From NCBI GenBank assembly GCA_036229005.1, contig JAZAMN010000068.1, forward strand, positions 1 to 15,956: DNA of 15,956 nucleotides, given 5' to 3'. Positions 7,615-15,618 of the stretch are shown piece after piece (the stretch's first letter is position 1; each line of letters begins with the position of its first letter). The notes beneath the pieces are model-generated. The model ran no database searches. It was not told the origin of the DNA and was given only the letters and a program-made list of their open reading frames with translations. Source of the DNA: Myxococcota bacterium (GTDB taxonomy: Bacteria; Myxococcota_A; UBA796; CAJQPC01). A program made the position numbers and the translations under genes.

Positions 7615-9114
7615 TCAGCCCTTCATGTGCCACTGGCGCACCCAGGTGAAGAAGTAGAAGGGGTGGATGACGACGTCTTCGACCTTGGTGGACAGGGCGC
7701 TGTAGCTGTCCAGGGTCCACAGGAAGATCATCGGGGTGTCCTGGGCGACCAGCGCGTGGACCTGCCGCAGGCTGGCCTTCTTGACGTGGGGGTCCCGGGT
7801 GCTGCGGGCCTCGTCCAGCAGGGCGTCGACCTCGGGGTTGTTGTAGCCGCCGAAGTTGCGGGCGCCGCTGGAGTGGAGCTGCTCGCGGATGTCCTCGTTG
7901 CGGTCGAAGCTCCACTGGCTGAGCACCAGGTCGTAGTCGCGCTCGCGCCAGACCTTGGCCTTCCACTCGGCCTCGTCCAGGAAGTCCACCTCGACCTGCA
8001 CGCCGCCGCTGCGGAGCTGGGACTGGAGGTTGATGACGACCTCCTGGGCGGACTCCAGGGTGCGGTGGGCGCTCAGGGTGAGGGTCAGGGGCTCGCCGTC
8101 CCGGCTCCACATGCCCGCCTCGCGCACGAAGCCGGCGTCCTCCAGCAGCGCGGCGGCCTGGCCCTCGTCGTAGTCGCGGCTGGCCACCTTGTGGTTGTAG
8201 TAGGGGCTGGAGCGCACGAAGGGGCCGCTGAGGACCTCGCCGGTACCGATGGGGGCCAGCAGGGCGTTGACGTCGACCAGGTAGGACAGGGCGCTGCGGA
8301 CGCGCACGTCGTCGAAGGGGGCGCGCTCCTGGTTGAAGCCCACGTACCACCAGGAGTTGGTCTGGTAGGGGTAGAGCTCGATGTCGCGGTTGTTCTGGAG
8401 TACGGCCAGATCGCGGGGGAGCACGCGGACCAGCCCCTCCAGGCTTTGGTAGAGCAGCAGCTTGGCCTGGTAGCTCTTGTCGCTGACCTCGCGCATCACG
8501 ATCTCGCCGATGCGCGCCTGGCCCCCGCGGTTGTCGGGGTTGGCCTGGAAGGTGATGGAGTTGTCGTCGTTGTAGCGGATCAGCTTGTAGGGGCCGGTGC
8601 CGATGGGGCGGGTCTTGAAGCTGTCGCCGCGGGAGACCTGGGTGCCGCTGAACGCGTGGGCGGGCAGGATCTTGAAGGTGAGCTTGTCCTGGGGGGCCAT
8701 CTGCGGCTCGGTGAAGCGCAGGGTGAGCGCCAGGGGGCCATCCACCTGCACGGACTCGATCCAGGCCACCCGGCCGGCCTCGGTGCTGAGGGTCCCGGGG
8801 TCCTTCATGGCGCCGATGGTGAACGCGACGTCGTCCGCGGACAGGGGGCTGCCGTCGTGCCAGGTGATGTCGCTGCGCAGGCGCAGGGTGAGCGACAGGC
8901 CATCGGCGCTGAGCTCGTCCGACTGCACGAGCTCCGGGGTGGTCGCCAGCTCCTGGTCGTCGCTGTAGAGGCTGTCGAAGAGCAGCTCGGCGACGCGGGC
9001 CTCGCTCATGGTCGTGGAGAAGAGGGGGTTCACGATGCCGGGCGCCTGGTCCTCCGCGTAGCGGAAGGTCTGGGCGCTCGCCTGGGTGGAGAGCAGCAGC
9101 AGCAGCGAAGACAT
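7615..9114 (-). CDS. Family-5 ABC solute-binding protein, OppA/DppA/NikA-like (499 aa)
   Basis: LRSDITWHDGSPLSADDVAFT, PIGTGPYKL, APFDDVRVRSAL and NFGGYNNPEVDALLDEA motifs. AAGGAG RBS; short signal peptide ending ASA-Q. Confidence 0.95.
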   Translation of the reverse strand: MSSLLLLLSTQASAQTFRYAEDQAPGIVNPLFSTTMSEARVAELLFDSLYSDDQELATTPELVQSDELSADGLSLTLRLRSDITWHDGSPLSADDVAFTIGAMKDPGTLSTEAGRVAWIESVQVDGPLALTLRFTEPQMAPQDKLTFKILPAHAFSGTQVSRGDSFKTRPIGTGPYKLIRYNDDNSITFQANPDNRGGQARIGEIVMREVSDKSYQAKLLLYQSLEGLVRVLPRDLAVLQNNRDIELYPYQTNSWWYVGFNQERAPFDDVRVRSALSYLVDVNALLAPIGTGEVLSGPFVRSSPYYNHKVASRDYDEGQAAALLEDAGFVREAGMWSRDGEPLTLTLSAHRTLESAQEVVINLQSQLRSGGVQVEVDFLDEAEWKAKVWRERDYDLVLSQWSFDRNEDIREQLHSSGARNFGGYNNPEVDALLDEARSTRDPHVKKASLRQVHALVAQDTPMIFLWTLDSYSALSTKVEDVVIHPFYFFTWVRQWHMKG

Positions 9115-9115
9115 C

Positions 9116-10306
9116 TCAGTTCTCCTTGGAGTCGCCCTGGCGGTCCAGCCCCTGGAGCACGCTCAGGTCCCCGACGATCTCGTCGGCGCCGGCGGCTTCC
9201 GGGTAGCTGGCTGCCAGGACCTCGAGGGCGTCGAGCGCCTCTCGGGTGTGCCCGGTCTCCAGGTGGGCCTGGGCGAGCACGGCAAAGTGGGTGGGGCTGT
9301 TCACGGGCCCGATCCTGCGGGGAGCGGCCAGGTCCAGGGAGGCCTGGGCCAGCGCGAGGGCCTGTCGGGGGTGCTCCTGGGCCAGCGCTTCGTCGGCCAG
9401 GGAGAGCAGGAGCTGCGCGCGCAGCTTGGGGATGAGCTGGAGCTCGGCCAGCAGGGCCTGCCCGGCATCGGGGGCGTGCTGGCGCTGATCGCGGGACCAG
9501 GCGTCCAGGACCTCGTCCAGGCCGCGGACGATGGCCCGGGCCTGATCGGGGCTGTCCACGGGGCCCAGCGCGGGGTCCACGCCCAGAGCGGCGATGGCGT
9601 CGGCGCCGCAGGTGCTCTCGTCCAGGCAGTCCGAGAACAGCAGGGCGGGGAGGCCGGTGGTGGGCTGGTCCTGCCGCTGGAGCACCACGGCCAGCGTCCA
9701 CGGGAGCTGCGGATCGGCGAACTGGCGGGTCACGCCCCCGATGTCCTCGCTGTGGGCGATGCCGGTGGGCCAGGTGTCCGAGGCACCCTCCCGGGCCGAG
9801 AGGTGGGCGTCGAAGCGCTGGATCAGCGGGTTCTCTCCCACCTCCTCCATGCGCTTGGACACGCTGGGGTGCTGGATGAGGGTTCGCGCAGCCTCCTGCA
9901 CCATCGGGTCGCAGTGGCCGTCCACCTTCATCAGCCAGGGGGCGGGGTCGCCGCCGGACTCCAGCAGGGCCAGCGCCGCGAACCAGGGGAGCGCCGAGCC
10001 TTGGGGGAGGTTGCCGCGCTGCTCCCAGAGGGCCAGGGTCCTCTCCCAGCCCTGGGACTCGATGTGGGCCACCCGCAGGGCCAGATCGGCGCGCAGGGCC
10101 TGGGAGCGGGAGGCGGCAGCGCCCTGGTCGCGGTGGGCGCCGCTCCAGCGGTTGGCGTGCAGGGCCACCCAGGCGTCGCGGTCGGCGGAGATGGTGTCCT
10201 CGAAGCGCTGGGGCTCGGACACGATCTGGCCCACCCAGGAGTCATCCAGGGGGCTGGGGACCGCGGGCGGGGGGGCCGGGGTGCAGGCGAGCCAGAGCAG
10301 GAGCAC
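9116..10306 (-). CDS. Hypothetical helical lipoprotein with C-terminal TPR-like repeats (396 aa)
   Basis: GTG start overlaps the upstream TAG (TAGTG). N-terminus MLLLWLA-C followed by a Pro-rich tether; TPR-like LLLSLADEALAQEHPRQALALAQ and FAVLAQAHLETGHTREALDALEVL. It fills the operon gap exactly. Confidence 0.75.
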   Translation of the reverse strand: MLLLWLACTPAPPPAVPSPLDDSWVGQIVSEPQRFEDTISADRDAWVALHANRWSGAHRDQGAAASRSQALRADLALRVAHIESQGWERTLALWEQRGNLPQGSALPWFAALALLESGGDPAPWLMKVDGHCDPMVQEAARTLIQHPSVSKRMEEVGENPLIQRFDAHLSAREGASDTWPTGIAHSEDIGGVTRQFADPQLPWTLAVVLQRQDQPTTGLPALLFSDCLDESTCGADAIAALGVDPALGPVDSPDQARAIVRGLDEVLDAWSRDQRQHAPDAGQALLAELQLIPKLRAQLLLSLADEALAQEHPRQALALAQASLDLAAPRRIGPVNSPTHFAVLAQAHLETGHTREALDALEVLAASYPEAAGADEIVGDLSVLQGLDRQGDSKEN

Positions 10307-10710
10307 TACTCGCCCTCGTAGTTGGCCCCGGCGGAGTGGGTGCGGTCCGGGTAGGCGTCCGGGTCCAGCTCCTGCTCCTCGGGGATGACGCGGATGCTGT
10401 CCTCGTTGAGGACGAGCAGCTCGGCCGTGTACTCGCCGCGCTTGTAGTAGAAGTCCTGGTCGCGCGGGTGGTAGCCCACCTTGAAGGCCTCGACCGTGTA
10501 GTCGGTGCGCTTGTCCAGGCGGGTGCGCTCCCCGTATTCGTCGCGCAGGTAGTCGATCTCCCAGTAGCCCTCGGAGTCGGTCACGATCTGCACGCCGCCG
10601 GGCTCCACGGTCACGATGGCCCGCTCGACGGGCTCCCCGTTCCGGTCCACGACCTGCCCCGAGATCATGTGGGTGGCGCAGCCAAGGCTCATCAGGATGA
10701 AGGTCAGCAT
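10306..10710 (-). CDS. Small lipoprotein with a carboxypeptidase-regulatory-like (CnaB-type beta-sandwich) domain (134 aa)
   Basis: Lipobox SLG-C; ISGQVVDRNGEPVERAIVTV, TDSEGYWEI and YTVEAFKVGY match the CarboxypepD_reg-like pattern. GGAG RBS. Confidence 0.85.
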   Translation of the reverse strand: MLTFILMSLGCATHMISGQVVDRNGEPVERAIVTVEPGGVQIVTDSEGYWEIDYLRDEYGERTRLDKRTDYTVEAFKVGYHPRDQDFYYKRGEYTAELLVLNEDSIRVIPEEQELDPDAYPDRTHSAGANYEGE

Positions 10711-10713
10711 CGT

Positions 10714-13581
10714 CTACTCCAGGCGGGCGCGGATGTCTTCGAGCTTGTCGATCTGGGCCTGGGCCCGCTCGGCCTCGGCCGCGGCGCCCTTGCTGGACAC
10801 GTGGCGCTTGTAGGCGTCCCAGGCGCGCACCGACTGGTCGAGCAGCTCCAGGTCGTCTCCGGAGGCGTAGAACAGGCCCTGATAGGCCGCCGCCTTGGTC
10901 TCGTAGATGTCCGCCTTGGTCCCATGCACAAGCTCGCTGGGGATGCGGGCCCAGTAGCGCTCGGCCTGCAGCGCGTCGTCCAGAGCGCGCTGGTACTGCT
11001 TGTGGTTGGCGTGCCAGGCCGCCCGCTTGCTCAGGTAGACGCTGTTGTAGCGGTTCTCCGGAAGCAGCATGAGCTGGTCCAGGTAGCGCTTGACGTCCTT
11101 GTCATCTTCGCGCTGCTCGGCGTCCATCAGCAGCAGGGCCCGGCTGCGCGTGTAGTCCAGGCTGTCGGTGCCCACGAACTCCAGATCCTGGCGCTCGCCG
11201 GTGGTCAGGCGCCCGCTGCGGGCGGCGTTCACGTAGGCGTCCAGATCCGGGCCGGGGTCCTCGAGTCCGCTGTCCTCCAGGGGCGCGGCGGGCTCCTCCA
11301 GGAAGGCCATCGCGTCCGCATCGCTGCTGGAGCGGGCCGAAGAGGTGCCGCGGCTCTCCTTGGGGGCGACCGCACCGCTCGAGCTGCTGGTCGAGGCGGG
11401 CCTCCTTGCGCTGCTGGCCATCGACGAGGTGCGGCTGCTCGGCTCCCGCGTGGTCGGAGGGCTGCTGCTCCGCGTGGGGGCGGCGGTGGGCTCCGCGCTG
11501 CGGCGGGTGGGTGCGCTGGCCACTGCGGGCTCGGTGCGCGTGGTCCTGGGAGCTGGGGTCGGCGCGCTGGTGGGCTCGGGGCTGGCCTCAGTGGGCTCGG
11601 GCGCCTCGATCTCCGGCTCGGCGTCGGCTTCGGCCTCGGCCAGGGCCTCGGTGGTGTTGAGCTCCTCCAGGCCGGCGGCGAAGTCCTCGAAGCCCTCGGA
11701 GGCGTCCTTGAGCTTGAACCAGGCGGCGGCCCCAAGACCGGCACACATGACCAGGGTCACGGCGGCCACGCCACCGAGCACCAGAGGCCACACGCGGCGC
11801 TTGCGGGGGGGCTCATCGTCGGTGGGGGCGCTCTCCGGGGCGGGGGGCGGCGCGGTCTGCGCGGGGGTCTTGGGGGCGATGCTCTGCTCCACCGGGGGCG
11901 GCGGAGGGGGCTGGTCGCCTGGGGTCTCGTGGAGCACGCCGAGGCTCGGATCGGTGGCGGGCGCGGGCTCCACGGGCGGGGCCACGGGCTTGGCCGCCAG
12001 GGGCTGCATCACCGGGGGCGGGAGGGCTGCGGTGGTCTCGGCCAGGTCAGGGGCCGGGCCGATGTCGGTGTCCTCGTCCAGGATCCCCGAGTCGCTGCCG
12101 TCGGGGGCGTCCAGGGCCTCCAGGACCTCCTCGGGCTGCTCGTCGCTGAAGCCTTGGGGTGGGCCCACGCGTACCTGGGGTGCAGGCAGAGCGGCGGTGG
12201 GCTCTCCTCGGTCCTCGACCGGAGGCGGCGGGGGAGGGGGCTCAGCCTGGGTGACCTCGCCGCGATCTTCGGGCAGGGGCGGGACCGGAGGGGGCGGCGT
12301 GAAGCCCACGTTGGTGGTCTCGTCCTTGTGGCCCAGCCCGGGGACCTCGTCCTCGGGCAGCAGGGTCGGGTTGGCTGTAGGGGCGTCGCCGAAGCCGCCG
12401 GCGATGGGGTGGAAGGGCGCGGGCGCCGGCGGTCGCACAGGGCGGGGCTGCGCGGGGGCCGGGGGCTCGACCACATCGGTGGCCGGGTCCGAGTGCTCCT
12501 GGATGTCCTGGGCAGCGGCCAGCGCGGCGGCCTTGCGCTCCCGGGCAGCGCGATCCAGGCGCTCCTGGCGTGCCTTCTCGGCGATGCGCTCGGCCGCGGC
12601 GACGTGGTCCGCGGTAGGGGTGGGCTGGGGCGGGCGGGACAGCGGGGGCGCCGTGTTCCGCGCGTTGACCACCGGCTCCAGGAAGGCCTGGGTGTCCTGC
12701 ACGATGTTGGAGAAGTCGTAGCCCGCCATCAGGCCGCGCAGCTCCTCGCGCAGCACGAACGCCCGCTGATAGCGGTGCGCCGGGGTCTGGCTCAGGGCGC
12801 GGGAGAGCACCTTCTCCAGGCCGGGCAGGCGATCCTGGACGTGCACCATGGCGGGGGCGACGCTTGCCTCGCGCACCTGCTTGAGGGTCTGCAGGCTGCT
12901 CTCCGCCCGGAACAGGGGCCGCAGGGTCACGAACTCGTAGAGAATCGCGCTCAGGGAGAACACGTCGCTGGCGCAGTCGAGCTGCTGGTCGGACCAGGTC
13001 TGCTCGGGGCTCAGGTACTCCAGCCGCTGGGGCACGGGGGATCCCACGTTGCCCTTGCTCAGGCCCGCGGGGGCGCGGGTCAGGGAGAAGCCGCCCAGGA
13101 GCACGCGGGCGTTGGGCGTCAGGAAGAGGTGCGCCGGCTGCAGGCCCAGGTGCAGGACCTTGGGGCTTCCGGTCGCGCGCCCCGGCCGGCCGTGCAGGAC
13201 CTCCAGCGCGGAGCAGAGCTGCGTGGCCAGGTTCAGGAAGATGTTCTGGGGCACCGGCTGGCCGTTCTGGCGGCACCAGGTGATCACGCGCTCCAGGTTG
13301 ATGGCCTCGACGAAGTCTTCGACCACCAGGCGCTCATCGCCCGCCTCGACCCAGTCCAGGATGGGGACCAGCAGGGGGTGGGACACGCCCATCAGGTCCT
13401 CGACGCGGGCCTGCAGGTTGGCCAGCCGCGAGCGGTCCTGGGTCACGAAGGGCAGGATGCGGCGCACGAGCACCGGCCGGCCGTCCTCGACCAGGACCCC
13501 CCGGTAGGACTCGGACACGCCGCTGGTGCCCAGCTTGCGCTGGAGGGTCACGGGACCAATGGTCTTGGGAAGGAGGAGCAT
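10714..13581 (-). CDS. Membrane-anchored Hanks-type Ser/Thr kinase-fold protein, predicted pseudokinase, with C-terminal TPR-like domain (about 955 aa)
   Basis: Kinase fold is recognisable (SHPLLVPILD, LVVEDFVEAINL, YLSPEQ, SDVFSLSAILYE, RALSQTPAHRYQ). It is followed by a Pro/acidic linker, one TM helix at 11716-11793 after RKRR, a Ser/Thr/Pro linker and a helical TPR-like tail. ATG 13581 is preferred; 13641 and 13671 are in-frame alternatives. Confidence 0.88.
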   Translation of the reverse strand: MLLLPKTIGPVTLQRKLGTSGVSESYRGVLVEDGRPVLVRRILPFVTQDRSRLANLQARVEDLMGVSHPLLVPILDWVEAGDERLVVEDFVEAINLERVITWCRQNGQPVPQNIFLNLATQLCSALEVLHGRPGRATGSPKVLHLGLQPAHLFLTPNARVLLGGFSLTRAPAGLSKGNVGSPVPQRLEYLSPEQTWSDQQLDCASDVFSLSAILYEFVTLRPLFRAESSLQTLKQVREASVAPAMVHVQDRLPGLEKVLSRALSQTPAHRYQRAFVLREELRGLMAGYDFSNIVQDTQAFLEPVVNARNTAPPLSRPPQPTPTADHVAAAERIAEKARQERLDRAARERKAAALAAAQDIQEHSDPATDVVEPPAPAQPRPVRPPAPAPFHPIAGGFGDAPTANPTLLPEDEVPGLGHKDETTNVGFTPPPPVPPLPEDRGEVTQAEPPPPPPPVEDRGEPTAALPAPQVRVGPPQGFSDEQPEEVLEALDAPDGSDSGILDEDTDIGPAPDLAETTAALPPPVMQPLAAKPVAPPVEPAPATDPSLGVLHETPGDQPPPPPPVEQSIAPKTPAQTAPPPAPESAPTDDEPPRKRRVWPLVLGGVAAVTLVMCAGLGAAAWFKLKDASEGFEDFAAGLEELNTTEALAEAEADAEPEIEAPEPTEASPEPTSAPTPAPRTTRTEPAVASAPTRRSAEPTAAPTRSSSPPTTREPSSRTSSMASSARRPASTSSSSGAVAPKESRGTSSARSSSDADAMAFLEEPAAPLEDSGLEDPGPDLDAYVNAARSGRLTTGERQDLEFVGTDSLDYTRSRALLLMDAEQREDDKDVKRYLDQLMLLPENRYNSVYLSKRAAWHANHKQYQRALDDALQAERYWARIPSELVHGTKADIYETKAAAYQGLFYASGDDLELLDQSVRAWDAYKRHVSSKGAAAEAERAQAQIDKLEDIRARLE

Positions 13582-13671
13582 GGTTTTCCGCCCGAACGCA
13601 GAGTGTGGGCTCGGCGAAGCGCCGGGTTGACCCGGGAGCATCTTCGGTGCCGCCGAAAAGCACGGGTTCAT

Positions 13672-13741
13672 ATGGTACGCGGACTCTGCCCGTCAAGGCA
13701 TTGTTCCCCTGACTGCGGCGAACGCGGGGGGCTGGTACCAT
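13672..13741. promoter_or_regulatory. Putative back-to-back promoters in the divergent intergenic region
   Basis: TACCAT -10-like hexamers on the minus strand (13672-13677) and plus strand (13736-13741, preceded by TGG as an extended -10). No properly spaced consensus -35 is seen. Confidence 0.4.
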
Positions 13742-13749
13742 CCCGCGCG

Positions 13750-14949
13750 ATGGCCCTGTTCGACAAGATCAAGAAGCGGCTGTCCTCGCTCTTGTCCGGG
13801 ATCGACGAGATGGAGGACGCAGCGCGCGCCGACGACCCGATGCGCACCGCGCGCGAGCTGAGCGTGTCAGGAGGCGGCGCGCAGGAGGTCAGCGGTGGGG
13901 TGGACGATCTGGAGGAGCTCGAGCTCGATGCCCCCACGGAGGAGGTCGCGCTGCTCTCCCAGGACGACCTGCTTGAGGTCAGTGACCCCGCGCTGGAGGA
14001 GCTCTCGGTTGACGTGGATGACGAGCCCTCGCACATCGAGTTGCAGGACGATCGCCCTCCCCTGGAGGCGCTGCTGGGCCCCGCACACGGCCTCTGGGAG
14101 CTCTCCCACGAGGACACCGAGGAGGTCACCGAGCTCGCCGTCCCCGCCAGCTCCCTCGCCCGGCTCTCGGAGCTCGGAGACGCCACGGAGAGCTTCGCGC
14201 CCCTGGAGGAGGACGTCACCGAGGTCACCGATCTGCGTCTGCACGCGGAGCTCGAGCCCATCGCTCCCGCCCCTCTGGACGAGCAGGAGGTCGCGCTCAC
14301 CGAGGCCGGCGACATCTGGACAGCCGCCGAGCCCACCCTGGGTCTGGACGAGGACGCCAACGACGAGCCCAGCGAGGACTTTGGGTTGGGGGGCTTCTCC
14401 TGGCACGAAGAGGAGGCCGAGGCCCCGTCCGTCAGCGGGCTGCGCTTCCCAAACTCCTTGCAGCTCCCCGACGTCGAGGTCGCCCGCCTCCTGCGCGAGG
14501 AGCACTACCCCGAGCTGGTTCAGGCCAGCGATGAGTCCCTGTTGGCCCTCGCCCGGGTGGATCGCGCGTTGCTGCACCAGGTCCGGGCCCTTGGGGAGTC
14601 CGTCGGGCGTCTGTTGACCACCGAGCTCCCCGCCTGGGAGTCCGCAGTCATGTGGTCCTGCATCCGCCTGGATCCGACGCTTCGGGAGCACTGGGGGCCG
14701 GAGATGGATGGGGAGGCCTGGCGCCGGGTGGCCTGGGCTGCGTGGCCCTACCTCTCTGAGCTCCTTCTGGCCGCCGACACCCCCGACGATCCCTTCACCG
14801 TCGAGGACACACTGGCGTCGATCCGCTCGCTGCTGGAGCAGCGCAGGGAGCTGGCCGAGGCGGACGCCATGCTGCAGCCTGCGATGGACCGTCTCCCGGT
14901 CGAGGACTGCGGCCTCTACGCGCTGGAGGGCTTCGAGTGGTCGCGCTGA
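13750..14949 (+). CDS. Hypothetical acidic protein (399 aa) with N-terminal amphipathic helix and helical C-terminal domain
   Basis: This is the genuine 3' part of the track ORF 10336..14949, starting MALFDKIKKRLSSLLSG. It has GC-rich third positions, a Glu/Asp-rich middle, and no overlap with the minus-strand operon. Confidence 0.8.
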   Translation: MALFDKIKKRLSSLLSGIDEMEDAARADDPMRTARELSVSGGGAQEVSGGVDDLEELELDAPTEEVALLSQDDLLEVSDPALEELSVDVDDEPSHIELQDDRPPLEALLGPAHGLWELSHEDTEEVTELAVPASSLARLSELGDATESFAPLEEDVTEVTDLRLHAELEPIAPAPLDEQEVALTEAGDIWTAAEPTLGLDEDANDEPSEDFGLGGFSWHEEEAEAPSVSGLRFPNSLQLPDVEVARLLREEHYPELVQASDESLLALARVDRALLHQVRALGESVGRLLTTELPAWESAVMWSCIRLDPTLREHWGPEMDGEAWRRVAWAAWPYLSELLLAADTPDDPFTVEDTLASIRSLLEQRRELAEADAMLQPAMDRLPVEDCGLYALEGFEWSR

Positions 14950-15368
14950 TCCTGCTGGGCTGTGTGCACAGCTACCAGGGCCTGATCCAGGTGGAGGGTG
15001 AGCAGGTCACCCTCCAGGAGCCGGAGGGCCAGCGCCATGAGTTGGTGCTGGATTCGGGCAGCCAGGCCCTGCGGGCGCTGGACGACTGCACGGTCTCCGT
15101 CACCGGCAAGGGCACCCGCCGCGTGAGCGTCCAGGAGTGGGAGGTGCTCGCCGCGCAGGATGGATCCATCCCCTTCGTGGGGGTGCTTGCCCTGGATGGG
15201 AGCCGGTTGGTGCTCCTTCCTGCGGGCGGCGGCCGCTATGTCTTGGTGGGTGAGGGCGCTGACGCGCTGCGAGGGGCAGTGGGCGACCGGGTGATGGTTG
15301 TGGGGGTCGCGGTCGGGGACCATGAGGTGCGGGTGATGGGGTTCACGTTGCTTGGGGCTGGTTTCTGA
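14937..15368 (+). CDS. Small putative lipoprotein with two tandem OB-fold-like repeats (143 aa)
   Basis: GTG start overlaps the upstream gene by 13 nt; lipobox LLG-C; two similar units (YQGLIQVEG...ALRALDDCTVSVTG and FVGVLALDG...ALRGAVGDRVMVVG). Confidence 0.75.
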   Translation: MVALILLGCVHSYQGLIQVEGEQVTLQEPEGQRHELVLDSGSQALRALDDCTVSVTGKGTRRVSVQEWEVLAAQDGSIPFVGVLALDGSRLVLLPAGGGRYVLVGEGADALRGAVGDRVMVVGVAVGDHEVRVMGFTLLGAGF

Positions 15369-15618
15369 GTAGGGGGCAAGCCCCCTACGCCGGCGAAGCC
15401 GGCTGGACCCCCAGGGGGACCTTCGCCAGTCCCCCCCAGGCCCCCCCCACGGCGTCGGGTCGCGTTCCGCGACCTGCACTGCGCCTCCATTTGCCACGGG
15501 CCCCACAAGGGGGCCCTCTCCCCTGCGGGTCGGGCAAATGAAGGCGCAATGCAGCCCGATGGGCCGACATGCTCCATGGTTGGAGGTGGCTGAGGGCGGG
15601 CGGGGGCTGCGTTGTGCC
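15366..15618. repeat. Structured direct repeat, copy 1 (253 bp)
   Basis: Aligns with 15703-15956 with 6 substitutions and one 1-nt indel by manual alignment; contains a series of hairpins. Confidence 0.95.

Noticed and set aside
39..10321. Long plus-strand ORFs (39..1895, 2256..3386, 3501..5597, 7135..9435, 9086..10321 and others)
   Set aside because: Stop-poor shadow frames expected opposite high-GC3 genes; the minus-strand genes carry the recognisable motifs.
10336..13749. N-terminal ~1140 aa of the 1537-aa plus-strand ORF 10336..14949
   Set aside because: Antisense shadow of the pseudokinase and lipoprotein genes (Gly/Arg/Ala/Val-rich, no motifs). It is merely in frame with the real gene starting at 13750.
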